Below the pieces are notes generated by a model. That model saw only the letters and a program-made list of their open reading frames with translations. It did no database searches and was not told the origin of the DNA. 64,000 bases of DNA from Nemertoderma westbladi (taxonomy: Eukaryota > Animalia > Xenacoelomorpha). The first letter of the stretch is position 1. The number at the start of each line of letters is the position of its first letter. Both the position numbers and the translations under genes were made by a program. Positions 11,547 to 24,783 of the stretch are shown here, piece after piece. The stretch lies in assembly GCA_032718475.1 (NCBI GenBank), contig JAUCBJ010002722.1, positions 124,001 to 188,000 on the forward strand, written 5' to 3'.

Positions 11547-12780
11547 TTTGAAAGTATATTTACATTCATTATTACTGAAAGACTGCCTATCTAGAACAGT
11601 AGTTAGCCATTGGTAGAGTCAAGTTAGGCAGTAATTATCAACCAGTAACTTAAACAGAGGCGCGTTACGAAGAATAATTAAAGAATATAAATGAGGTGAC
11701 AATTTATAATAATTACGATATATTAATTTATTATATTTTTTCACACTTAATTTTTCTTTTTATATCATATTGGTCAATGTCGATGAATAGGCCTAAGCAC
11801 AAAGAGAAAAACTATTTTTCACCCATTTCAATATGGTTAAAAAGGTACTGGAATTTTCGGCAATAAACTAAATAAATTATATATAAAAGGATTAAAGGAT
11901 AACAATTACAAGCCACACAACTTTTAGCAGATAATAATTAATAGGAGCCTGATGTACCGTACATAAGTACACGTAAAGTAGTAAAGTATGGTATTAATTG
12001 CCCATCTGTTCCCAATACAGATAATAATATATAAGGATGAATTATTTCGATCGCTGATGTGATGTCCATCACTTCGCCGCCCAAGAATAATAGGTCATAA
12101 CTACTCTTAGAATTTCATGGGATAATAGGGTTGGTGCGCGAAAAAATTGTTGGGCTAGAAACAAATGAATAAGGGGTAAGAAGGTGCCCTGAATCGAGTG
12201 GCGGGGTGTGTTTTTTGTAAAAACACGAGGAAACGGTCGAAATGGCGGGTTTAATTAAGCCGGGAAGCCAATTTTGAAAATCGGCTGTGATTGGCTGCTA
12301 CATATTTGACGTCCATTACGCAGTGATCTGATAATTATTTACCTTGGTTTCTATGGAGAGAGATTTTCGATCAATTCAAATGCACATTTAATCTAAATCA
12401 TTTCAGACGTGGCTTATATTAAGTAAAAGCGGAGAGCCTTGGGCGTCTTTTGACATTGCAATTAATTAAATTCATAAAGGTGAAAATTGATAAAATGCTG
12501 TTTACAATTACAAACTCAGCAGATTGCCAGACCTGTATGTAAGCACTCAACCTATTGCAGTATCTGAGTATTGCAGATTTACTTCATTAAGTAGGGTTGA
12601 CCGGTGAGAGGTATACAGTAGCAGGATAATTTTCACCCTGTGGAATCTGTTCCCACGGGCATAATCTCCTAGGAGATTATGTCCCCCCGGTCTCATTCTC
12701 CTAGAATATTTTGCCCCCCCCCCCTCCCCCGACGTAATCTCAGAATCTCCTTATCCCATATCCTTTCGTAGATACGCTTT

Positions 12781-13564
12781 TGTAAAAGCTTTTGCGGACA
12801 TAACAAGTCATTTTCCCCGCAATACGCAGTGTAGATGCTTTTGCGGACATAACAAGTCATTTTTGCCGCAATGCGCATAATACTCTAAAAGATTGGAGCT
12901 CAGATGACGAAATCTGTCAGCTGATTTCCTGTATACGTGGAACTTTTCTTTGTTCTGCCTAGTCAGCCAATCAGAGCGATTTTCCCCCTTATGTCGAACA
13001 GAGGCCTATGGAAACCCGCGCAATGCATTACGGTCTTTGTTTACCTTTCTGAGCCTAAGAACCGGCTTGGAAATCTTCTGTACTTCTGTTGTGGAAGTTT
13101 CAGACTTTGGCCTAAACATCTGATGGCTTTGATTACAAGAACGTAAAACTATTAACAATTCAACTACACATTGAACATTGCTGCACATGGAACACTGCAT
13201 AAGTAACACATACTGACTGTTCACCGCATTATTTACTTCTGTTATTAATTGTTGGTATATTGATGTATATTGCTGATATATTTGGAGAATACCGATGAAT
13301 AATCATAAAACCCCCAATCTTCTTGATTACTGAAGGTGAGAGGAACAGGTTTACCGGTAGCAACTGCGACTTACATTATAGTGGTTTTTGTGTGAACTAA
13401 ATGCTATTTCATAATCCCTACATGTATCAGTTGCGATCCTCCTTATATATGATCAAATTCAGTGACGGTCGGCAGATCAGTGCGAAGTAGTGTGAAGTAG
13501 TGTGAAGTCGTGTGAAGTAGTGTGAAGGTTAATAAAGCATCTCCTAAAGAATGCGCTTTTTACG
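12781..13564 (+). repeat. 5' LTR of BEL element 1
   Basis: Starts TGTAAAAGC (first 49 bp or so tandemly duplicated) and ends GCTTTTTACG. Contains TTATATAT, five (A/C)GTG(C/T)GAAG(T) units and AATAAA. Colinear with 22896-23656. Confidence 0.88.
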
Positions 13565-13904
13565 AAACTCTTTGGCCATCTAGTTGTGATTAGTATAAGT
13601 CATAACTCTGTTTTTATACTTAAAGCGCCACGTCCTAAAGGAACTGTTAATATTTCCCCGAAAGTAAATATATTGTCAGAGATTATATATTAACGATCAA
13701 TCGAATAATACAGTAGGTCTACACTGCAATCACTATCAAAGCATTCGAATCCAGTCTCCCTTAACTGTGGGTGAATGGTCGCGCGGAATGGCTTCGGCTG
13801 ATGTAACTTCAGTACATTAAATAATTGACATAGGCTAAAGTCGATTTATAAACAAGAGGACAACTAAAATTGGCAGGTTAAACTGCTAAAGGTCTAAAAG
13901 CGCG

Positions 13905-14152
13905 AACATTAATAGTTTTTAGTTTCTGATTGCAGAGTAGGCAATAAATATATTTTGTCTAATGTTCTGGTAAGAACATTAATAGTTTTAAACTCTGATT
14001 GCACAGTAGGCAATAAATATTTGTCTATTGTTCTGGTAAGAACAATAATAGATTTTGTTCTTTATTGCACAGTAGGCAATGAATATATTTTGTCTATTGT
14101 TCTGGTAAGAACAATAATATATTTTAGTTTCTTTATTGCACCGTAGGCAATA
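13905..14152. repeat. Minisatellite of about 60 bp (about 4 copies) in the 5' leader of BEL 1
   Basis: Repeated TTCTGGTAAGAACA..ATAG...TTGCACAGTAGGCAATAAATAT. Confidence 0.85.
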
Positions 14153-15489
14153 AAGCCGAATGTACCGGTTGGATGGTGAACTGTAGGCCTAACTACCTAA
14201 CCACCTGAACCGACTTACTGGTACTAGTATTATTTCGATTGTGAAATATTGTATATTGTAGGCTGTTAGGGGATTAGGGATTGATCACCCCTTATTCCTT
14301 TGTATGGTTTACTTATTTCTGTCAGTTTTATTTATCTGTAAGTGTAATATTGAGCAGAAGGCGTGTAAGCCTGCTCAGATTGTACAAATAATTTGTAGGC
14401 CGGATTGTTGTCTAACTGTTGTTAGGTCTGAAGCGATTGCAGTGTGTGTAGAGTGTCTGTCCGATAAAGTGCTAGTTAGGAAGGAAGTGTTGTAAGGTAA
14501 ATCCCCCCGAAAGAATAAGTCGTACTACTCGGTTAGAACGCCTACTAACTAACCATTTCGGAGTCTGCATATACTGTAGTTTATTTAGGCTTGGCAGTAG
14601 TCTGCCATCATTTGGTCTGTATTTTGTTTGTATAGTCTGCACGGGTAGCGTAATATTTATTATTCAGAGTCTATGCGAGTATTCGCAACCTACAACACCC
14701 CAAGTTTATTCCTACAGTAATTGTGCTTGTTATACATACCGTTATAGTTAAATTAACCCCGGTACTACATCAGGGCTGCTTGGCGTAGGTAAAGAGTGGT
14801 GATTTTGTGCTCCGGTCACTCCAGCAGATACTGTGGTTCTTTTGGCTGTTCAATTATATTTAACTGCTGGATATTTGTTGTATAAGTACTTGTACCTAAT
14901 TTAGGGTTTAGAGTACAGTGCTTTCCGAAAGTGATTTAGTGTGTAGGCAGTATATTTGTATTGTAAAGTGGTTAATAGGCACGTTAGCTCTGGTTGGCTT
15001 CGTTAATTAACCTCTAGGTAAGGACAGAAATTCTAACCAGAAATTCTAACTCCTTGTTAGGCTGGTTGTGTCTAACAAGTAGCACTCCACTGAGAGCGTT
15101 CAGCTTCTGTGTAGTGACTCTTTATCCAGAAATAATAACATTTATTTCAAATATTGTCAAAACCCCTTGTACGGGTATATATATATATATTTATAAATCC
15201 ACTCAAACAGATTTATAAAATAGTAGGCCTGTCATACATCAAATAGGTCTTAATATCAGTTGAACTACTGCTTAATATCAGTAATAAAGTAAAGGGAAGT
15301 AACCCTAAAATTCAGAAATTCAGTTATTATTAAATAATTGACATTACCGGTATTTACGGTAGGCTTATTATATTTATTTATATAAATTTAGGCTGAAATT
15401 ATATACCGGTATTCTGTGACTGATCCTAGTCTGTAAATAATACTTATATATATACTATAAGTGTATACCGGTATTTTAATATTAGCTAG

Positions 15490-18400
15490 GGAAATGTATA
15501 AAACCCAGCTGAAGAAATTTATTGATAAAGGATACGCGGAGCGAGTACCAGAAGAAACACCCATAACGGAGAGAATATATTATCTAACACATCATTACGT
15601 TCCCAAACCCGGTAAACCCAATGAAGTCAGGGTAGTGTTTGACGGCTCCGCCCTTTACATGGGTCAATCCCTGAACTCAGAACTGTTGCCTCGACCCAAC
15701 TTACTCCAATCTTTGTTGGGAATATTATTAAGACTGCAGCAATATTCTATCGCATTCGCTTCGGACATAGAAGGCATGTTCTTACAAGTCAAGGCGCTGG
15801 ATAGGGATCGAGACAGCCTACGATTTCTGTGGTGGCCTGAAGGAGACCTCAACCGAAAACCGGTAGAGTACTGGATGACCATCCAGGCTTTTGGGATCAT
15901 CTCGAGCCCCTTGAACGCTTGTGCGGTAGTGCGTACCACTGCCGATGACAACTGAGACGCCTTCTCTAAAGCTGTTATTGACAACATCAAACGGGATATA
16001 TACATGGACGACAATTTAAAGTCCCTCCCATTGGTGGAAGAAGCCATTGATGTTGCCAAGGGAACGGTAGAGTGCTTGCAACGCAGTGGATTTCGGCTAA
16101 CCAAATTCACTAGTAACTCCCGTGAGTTTCTGGAATCGATCCCGGTAGAAGACCGAGGTGTTAAAGATCTGGACCTCATCAAGGACGATCTTCCGGAAAC
16201 CAAGACGCTTGGTTTAAAATGGGACATGGAGAGAGATATCTTGTTTTTCCAGTTAAAACAGTGAGATAATCCAGTTAGAACTAAACGGATTTGTCTAAGT
16301 ATCCTGAGCACTTATTTCGATCCATTGGGAATTATTAGCCCAGTTATATTGGTTGCTCGGAGCTTAGTGCAACAAATGTGGCTCGAAAACCACTCGTGGG
16401 ATGATCCACTGAAGGGAGAACTACTAAAGAAGTGGATGAAATGGGAAGATTCTCTACCATCCATCGAGAACTTTAAGATTTCCCATTCATATTTTGGTCA
16501 CGTTCTCCCCACGTATTCCTATCAACTCCATGTGTTTGGAGACACCAGCGATATGGGAATACGTATAGTAGCCTACCTGAGGGTTGAAACTCCGGATGGA
16601 ATTAAAGTTGCCTTGGTCACCTCTAAGGCCTTGATAAACAACAAACTACGAGTTCCTCGAGCGGAGTTAAAGGCGGCTCTATACGCTACAGCCATCGGCC
16701 GGAATGTAACAGAACGGATCGACTATCCACTGGAGAAAACTGTTTATTGGACTGATGCTTTGCTCGTTCTGGAGTATCTGTTCTGGTCGTTCTGGAACAA
16801 ATGAAGTCTGCCAGTTTAGCGTCTTCGTTACAAACAGAGTAGCCATTATACTCAGTCGCTCTAATGTAGATCAATGGAGACATTGCCCTGGGACGATTAA
16901 TCCAGCCGACATCGCCTCTAGAGGAGCAACTCATCAAGAACTGATAGATACTCCAGACTGGTTAGGTGGACCCGACTTCCTGAGTAAAGGAGAGGATGAA
17001 TGGCCCCCTCATCTTACCACGGCGGAGATTAGACAAGCCAAGGGAGCGGAGAAAGTCAAACCTAAAACCCGGACGAGTAAATCAAAGTTACGTGATAGAT
17101 CTGTCTTTACTACACATCTCCGGGGACGATGCTGTGGATCTAAACTCCCCCACCACGAACAAATCTGTTATAGAAATCAGAGAAAGAGAGTGGAAATCTG
17201 GAACACCAGATGTCTCACAAGGACTCCCCCCTCTCCTACAGAGAGCAATTAATCACTATAGCTCCTGGAATCGGCTTTGTAAGGCCCTTGTGTATCTTAA
17301 AAGATGTTTCCATCATCACTATTCCAGGACGAAGATCGCTAGTGATACCGCTCCAACAATATCCGAAAAGGTCCATGCTATTAAAGACCTTCCCACTTAT
17401 AAAGTGTCTGATAGGTTTCTGACGGAGAAGATCAGTTACCAAGAGCATGAGGATACCAATAAGCAGATATTGAGACTCCTGCAATGCCACGAAGATTCCA
17501 ATTTCCTGTTGTTGAGAAATCCACAGATGTGCTTAAGGGATTGTTTCTCTAGTACGATGATAGATGGGTTAATACGTGTCGGAAGGAGATTAGCTAATGC
17601 TCCATTGTCCTTTGACACTAAGTTTCCCATACTCATTAGAAATCTTGAAATACAAATCAAGATGATTGTAGATGTTCACAGTAGACTTTACCATGCTGGT
17701 AGAGAACGAGTTCTTAGCGAAATTCGAACTCGCTATTATTTCCATAAGCCCCGTAGAGCTCTGAACCAAGTTCTTAGGAACTGTATACCCTGTAGAAAAC
17801 CATTTAGTAGGCCTTTAACACAGCGAGAGGCAGAATTACCTAGGGAACGAGTAAGCTTCTATGAACCACCCTTTACTAATACTGGTGTGGATTTATTTGG
17901 CCCTATTGAAGTATATCATGCTAGGACTATAGTCAAGCGATGGTATGTAATCTTTGTCTGTATGACTTGTAGAGCGATCCATCTAGATATGGTGAACGAT
18001 CTATCTACCAACAGCTTCATACTGAGTTTACGCCGACATATCGCTCGTTTTGGAACTAGCAACACCATGAGATCCAACAAAGGAACAAACTTCATTGGCG
18101 CCAATAATGAGATCAAAGCTTATGTGAAAGATTGGAACCAAAGACAGGTGGACGATCAGCTAAGGGTAACAGCATCTAGCTGGACCTTCAATGCCGCCGA
18201 CGCCCCTTGGTGGGGAGGAAGTTGGGAGAGATTAATACGGAGTGTGAAGACCGCACTTCACTTTATAGTGCCGTGCCGCGCGTATCTCACCGACGATCTT
18301 TTGCGGACGTTAATGGAAGAAATCGCCGCCTATCTTAACGAGAGACCGCTTATGCCAGTCTCATCGAGTCCCGACTCCCTAGAAGCGCTGACACCCACGC

Positions 18401-18887
18401 ATTTCCTACTGAAGAAACCTGTAACCATGCTCTCGCAATCGGAAATCACGGACGGAGACGAATACTGCCGACAAACTTGGCAACTTATGCAGTTATTATC
18501 CCGTCGTTTCGCTGACATTTCGAAAAACATTATCTTCGTGCGCTACAACTTCGAACAAAGTGGTTTGCGCAGCAAGAAAACGTCAGCGCCGGAGACATGG
18601 TCCTTATTGTGGAATCAGATCTTCCACGTAAGCAGTGGCAGATAGGTCGAATCATCGAGACTCATATATCCGATGATGGTTTAGTGCGATCGGTAGAACC
18701 CGTTGTCATGCGACATAACTTTAAGAAACCTGGAATTGTATTCGAAACACAACAACTTAATCACCCAGTTGGTCGTTTATGTTTACTGGAAAGAGAGAGA
18801 GAGTTATCTGGAAACTATGGAAGGCAAGATACTCTTCCCACGACTACCTCCCTAATCCAACAAACATCTAGGGACTCCCCAACGTAA
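15490..18887 (+). pseudogene. BEL/Pao pol: RT, RNase H (peptidase A17-like region) and integrase, with stops and frameshifts
   Basis: YYLTHHYV..VRVVFDGSA, DIEGMFLQV, LRFLWW, YMDD (16001-16012), HVFGDTS, VPRAELKA, YWTDA, WRHCPGTINPADIASRG, an HHCC zinc finger (H..LYHAG...CIPC), TGVDLFGP, CMTCRAIHL, PWWGGSWERLIRSVK and LTPTHFL. Confidence 0.95.
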
Positions 18888-20615
18888 CAGCGTTTGGAGT
18901 GGGTGTGTGACTACATTATTTTATATTTTTTTTTATTATTTTTATATTTATGTATGTATTATTACGTAATTTTTATTATTATAATCGTTTTCTTTAATTT
19001 TATTTAGTTGAATAATATTTTAACGATTATTCAGTAGATTAGTGCAATATATATGCGTGTTTATTACTTAATTACTTAGCATTATATATTTCGTTTTAAT
19101 GGCGAGAAATAATTCATTTTCTCTTTCCTTACTGTCCATATCATACTATAAATACGTGACTACAGTAAGATGAAATGTCCGTACTTATTAAAAGTACAAT
19201 ACCGCTCCTACTATACTCAAGTATTATTGGTAAGTAGAGTATTAGGAATGCAAAGTTCAGAGCCTCGTGTCTCGGCTAAACCAAGCTCTGGGTAGACATT
19301 GGAAACGACTTGCCTCTTCTCACTGACATTGCTTCTTGCAATATTGCTCTCATACCGTATATTAAATAATACATATAGTAGAATGATGTCCATTTAACAG
19401 TAGCGTTAAAACGCAAAATAAATCTGTTAAGCCCTTTGACCATCTGAAATTCTAGTCGATTAAGATATCGCGGCACCCACCGATATACTTGAAAGACAAA
19501 TTTCTAGAATCAGTGGTTAACGTCCCCAGACATGTTCTGGAATAAATCGGAGCCCATCTTAAATATTAAATAATTAATAAATATTTATAAAATCTGTCAA
19601 AACAAATGTTATAATAGAGTTAATGCTGATAAATTAACTCTAGAGAGTTTGTAAATCAAAATTATGTTAAAATTTAGATCCTCTAAAATTCTCGATTAAG
19701 AAGTCGATTAAGATATCGTAGCACTTACTGATACTCTTAAAAGGACAAAATTTCTAGAATTAAGGATCCTAGTCCCCAGACATGTTCTGGAATAAAATTG
19801 TGTCTATTTAATATCAAATAATAAAATTTACGGGAATAAATTTTAATTTCATATCCTCTCATGAATTTGATAAATTGTCATTTTTTACAATTTATAACAT
19901 TCCCAAAATTCCATTAATTAATAGATCATGGGAGCGGAGATTCACCCTATTAAGTATATTAGTGTGCGAGAATCTCCAGTGTATAGTCAATAGCAGACAA
20001 AATTCATAAAATCATGTATAAAGGGGAATATTGACAATTAAAGAATTACTATTAAATAGCATCCCAGATCTGTATGCATGAGAATTACCCTAATTCTACT
20101 GCTAGCTTTCCATAATGTCACCATAGCAACAACCACGCTAGAATTACAAGCGAGTTAAAATAACAATAGAAAGCTTGCCCCATTGAATAGCATGCGGAAT
20201 AAATAGCACCCTGCTAGTATCCAGGGATACATAATAATAACGTGGCATTCTGGAAGGCACTTGACTAATGGACAAATGGCCCGAATGTGTACAATTTGTG
20301 ACAGGAGTGTGGAATTTGTGTATTTATAGGTGAATGTTACTACTAAAGTGTGGTTACAGTAGCGAGTCGCAGTTGTGAAAGTTACCCTGCCTCTGTAGCA
20401 AGAACCTCCAGAAAATCTAAGCCCTTGGGACGGACAGTGGAGTGACTCGCGCTGGTTATTGTTGTCGTTGTGTAGCTACTACGTTGGCAAGAGGCACAGC
20501 GACGACAGTACATCAGCGCTGAGGATCTTGCGCATTGAGGCATTGAGGGGGAGGCAGCGACGACTGCTGGCCTAAATATCATTAATTATAATATCGATAA
20601 ACTCATATAGCAGCT

Positions 20616-22818
20616 ATGACTGAGTTAATAGAAGATGATCTTGGTATCAGGGAGCGATATACCCTACCATTGCACGCGTTTGTTGATAGTTTAATAAGCG
20701 GCGATGCTAGTCAACCTACTACGGAGGACGATGGCCGTTATATCGAACCACCAATGTCAAAGGAACAGCTCACGCATGAATTGGACTATAGAAAATTCAC
20801 CGCTCGCTATACGCATCGTAATGGTACATATATGGACTTCTTAACTACTGGTCATCCTATCAATTTACACGACACGGACGACGTAGACACCGAAAGGGAA
20901 ATGATCCTATTTAAATATCATACCCAGCGGAGTCGGAATGATAAACTGAGAATCGAACATGAAAATTCTATTCGAAACCGACTCGAAAGAGAAGATGTTG
21001 AAGAGCCGGATAAACGCAATGACTTTAACGAATATTTGGAATTCTTGAGAGAAACATATCTCAATGTAGCCAGTCAACAAAATCTAGAAACTCGATATCC
21101 TCAAGGTATACATCATAACCCTATGATAGAACTCAAACGACTCTATTTCACCATGATGTATCTTACCGCCGATCGACCGCTACCTGTTGTACCGGATAGC
21201 TTCGAACAGATGGAGGAATATTGTAAAACTGGAGAAAAATCACCCACGTTTCCCCTACAAGACGTGCATCTTTGGTATTACTGCGATGAATGCCCTAGAC
21301 CCAACCAACAAACGGAAAGACATAAACATCCGCGGAGATGTTGCGCTAAACACAGTTTTACTCGTTATACTTACGGTAGTTTCGAGCGCAACTTGTTTGA
21401 CGTATCACCCACGCTCGCTTGACTCAAACGATCCTTAAACAAACCTATGATCAGAGTTCCGGAATACTCGGTCAGACCTCCCCATTCCCTGGTGAGACCT
21501 CAGACTCTTGATCCTAATAGTATGACAGATCCTCCTGAACTGTACACATTGTTCAAAGATCTAGTGTTACCCGAACAATTAGTCGGTGGCACTCCGGTTG
21601 TGGGCTCCCTAGATATTCGCCCATCCTACCTGGCCGGATTGGGACGCGGACATCTTATATCGCCGTTCAACCCGTATAATCGTCCCGGTTTAACCCCGAT
21701 ACTACCCGTCACCGAAGTGGAGGAGAGCGTTGTACAAAATGCATTAGATGCTATTCGACAAAAGATCGGAAAAGGAACCTACGATTGTTTAGACAAACGT
21801 AAATTGCAACAACAAGTCCAAGCGGTAAAAGGATTAGCTTTACCTCAGTTCAATCGGGAAATCCAGAATCTCGAAGAAGATATCGAACTTGGACGAACCT
21901 ACTCTCTGCAAGAGTTTTTGGACGAACGCTTCCAATGACAAGCGGAGGAAAATCAGCTCGAGGAGAAGCACATCGAAATGGATGAGAGAGAAGAAGCAGC
22001 TTTAGCCCAGCCAGAAGCTCAAATCCTTATGACTGATCTCTATTCCAAAACCATCATTCATCCTTCGATGGTTCCCCATTTCGGAAAAAAACTCTTCGCC
22101 ACGGTACAACCCCAACCGGTTGATATCAACTTAAGATCTAGAGATCTTATCGCTGACGCTCCTATGTTGCAACGTCCGCTAATCGAGGCCGCTCGTGTCG
22201 ACTGTATACTCATTGAACCTCCAGACAATTGAGCGGATCTTGTCCGTCGTATGGTACACGAGGTCAACCTACACGCTAGACCTTTACCGAACTCATTTTA
22301 TGGGATCAAAGACCACCCCTATTATGTCAATTTAACTCAATATTATATGGTGAAACCGGAAGATCCTACACACAGTTTAAAGTTTCTACCATTGATAAAT
22401 ACTGCGGTGACTTGTTCATAAACTCGCATCCAGAGCTACAAGAAGTTCATAGACGACCATATGAATATAAAGCCAGAGAACGCGAGTTGGAAAGAACCAT
22501 CAAACCGAGGAAATTTCTCACTACTCACGGTCAACCTACCGCTCTCGTGCAAACGACCCGCCAGGGACCAGTAAGAGCTGCTGTCCTGAAACGCGCTCTA
22601 AAGGTTGTTCGACCTCGTTCCACTGAGGTTGATATAGATCAACGGGTACCTCAACCGGCGGATACACCGACCGTAACCCTAAACCTTCCGATGCAATTGT
22701 ATTGCACCCCTCACCCAGGAGTTTTATCCCTCCTAGTAAAGTGACTCGCCCCAAAGAGAAAAGGACTCTTGCTAGCCTCAAAAAACTTTGTAAACGCCGT
22801 TCACGAAAGAAGGACTAA
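20616..22818 (+). pseudogene. Accessory ORF of BEL element 1, unknown protein (about 730 codons reconstructed)
   Basis: ORFs 20616, 21447 and 21978 share one frame and are separated only by single TGA codons. The reading continues through two frameshifts (about 22410 and 22720) to a basic C-terminus LKKLCKRRSRKKD-TAA at 22818. Confidence 0.75.
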
Positions 22819-22895
22819 TAGTTTAGAGTATTTTTGTATTTTAGAAACTGTGATTTTTATATTTTATAGACTTGAATCCCATTTTCTGGGAGCGG

Positions 22896-23656
22896 TGTAA
22901 AAGCTTTTGCTTACATAACAAGTCATTTTTCCGCAATGCGCAGAATACTCTAAAATAGCCCTAAATTTATCCAACTACGCGATGGGAAGGAATCAGAGCC
23001 CAGATGACGAAATCTATCAGCTGATTCTTTGTGGACGTGGAATCTCTTTGTTCTGCCTCGTTCAGCCAATCAGAGCAATTTTCCCTTTATGTCTGACAGA
23101 GGCCTATGGAAACTCGCGCAATGCATTACGGTCTTTGTTTACATTTTTCTGAGCATCAGAACCGGCTCGGAATCTTTTGTGCTTCTGTGTAGAAGTTTCA
23201 GACTTTAGCCTAGGAACATCAGACGGCTTTGATTATAAGAACGTAAATCTATTATCCTGATGCATTATGTATACACATTTCATAACTGCATAAGTAACAC
23301 ATACTGTCTGTTCACCGCATTATTTTTACTTCTGTTATTAATTGTTGTTATATTAATGGATATTGCTGTTATATTTGGAGAATACCGATAAATAATCATA
23401 AAACACCAAATCTTCTTGATTACTGAAGGTAAGGGGAACAGGTTTACCGGTAGCAACTGCGACTTGAATTATGTTGGTTTTGTGTGAATTAAATGCTATT
23501 TCATAATCCCTACATGTGTCAGTTGCGATCCTCCTTATATATGATCAAATTCAGTGACGGTCGGCAGATCAGTGCGAAGTAGTGTGAAGTAGTGTGAAGT
23601 CGTGTGAAGTAGTGTGAAGGTTAATAAAGCATCTCCTAAAGAATGTGCTATTTACG
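22896..23656 (+). repeat. 3' LTR of BEL element 1
   Basis: Preceded by TTTTCTGGGAGCGG. Runs TGTAAAAGC...GCTATTTACG. Aligns with 12781-13564, with an indel of a few tens of bp near its 5' end and near-identity in the 3' part. Confidence 0.9.
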
Positions 23657-24319
23657 TAGAATATCATTAAATGGATAGATCTGCATAATAATTGTACAAC
23701 TAAATTATTAACTGAACATAATAAGTTAATTACTTAAGTTAAGTAAGTTAATGAAGAATCTGATACAAATACTAATGACAGAATGTAAAAATTAAGATGT
23801 ATAAAATTATGATTTCAATTTATTCCAAACTTTGAGGTAAACAGTGTAAACCTACGCGAATAAATAACATGCAAGTTTCTATATCGCCTAATGTAGATTT
23901 CCCTCACGATTGCATTACTTTAGCCAAACGCGATCCGTATCCTAAACTATGCTGTGAAAAGTAACATTAGAAAATATCAAATGCTAAACTTATCCAGACT
24001 TATCCTAGCCTAGCACACATAATAATATATATTTCCCGATATAATAATTTAAAATTTACCAATAAATGGAATAAGTAATAAATACTGCATAAGGAAGTTG
24101 AGAGAAACAATAAATATATATACAAACATTATGTTTAAAAGAATTACAAACATTCTGTTTAAAAGAATTACAAACATTTTTTCGGAAAAAAACATTACAT
24201 GACCTCTAGATACGGCCACCAAGCTGCTGCGAAGCTCCTAAATTTAGTGGGCCAGTTATTTCTCGGAGGTAGAATTCCAGAAACAATAAAAATTTTCATC
24301 TCCGTAGTTTTCGCGATAA

Positions 24320-24415
24320 GGGGGCGTTCATAAAGTATGTCACGCAAATTTTCCATTTTTTTGACCCCCCTCTGTCACAAAGTGTCACGCAAGCTCGAAC
24401 CCCCCTCTGTCACAA
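24320..24415 (+). mobile_element. PIF/Harbinger-like MITE terminus
   Basis: TAA followed by GGGGGCGTTCATAAAGTATGTCACGC...GACCCCCC with repeated TGTCAC motifs. Second end absent. Confidence 0.55.
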
Positions 24416-24448
24416 AATATATTTTTTCCTATTTCCTATTCCTATTTT

Positions 24449-24783
24449 CATCTAGTTGTGATTAGTATAAGTCATAACTCTGTTTTTATACTTAAAGCGC
24501 CACGTCCTAAAGGAACTGTTAATATTTCCCCGAAAGTAAATATATTGTCAGAGATTATATAGTAACGATCAATCGAATAATACAGTATACATATAATAAT
24601 ACTACACTGCAATAATTTCAAGGCATCCGAATCCAGTCTCCCAAAACCGTGGGTGATAGGTCGCGCACGGACTGGCTTCGGCTGATGTAACTTCAGTACA
24701 CTAGGTAATTGATATAGGCTAAAGTCGATTTATAAACAAGAGGACAACTAAAATTGGCAGGTTAAACTGCTAAAGGTCTAAAA
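24449..24783 (+). repeat. Second copy of the BEL 1 post-LTR leader
   Basis: Near-identical to 13577-13899 (CATCTAGTTGTGATTAGTATAAG...AACTGCTAAAGGTCTAAAA). Confidence 0.92.

Larger units (their letters stand above)
12781..23656 (+). mobile_element. BEL/Pao LTR retrotransposon 1 (gag/protease missing; RT-RH-INT plus accessory ORF)
   Basis: Two direct LTRs (12781-13564, 22896-23656), PBS-like TGG at 13573, PPT-like CTGGGAGCGG before the 3' LTR, and BEL-type pol between them. No clear TSD. Confidence 0.8.

Noticed and set aside
12160-12760. Possible DNA-transposon fragments upstream of the 5' LTR
   Set aside because: Repeat-like composition and short palindromes, but no matched ends or coding motifs to support a call.
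20616-22818. Accessory ORF as env, or TGA as recoded (Sec/Trp/readthrough)
   Set aside because: No signal peptide or TM segment is visible. The same ORFs also contain frameshifts, and the host cyclophilin ends in TGA, so decay is the simpler explanation.
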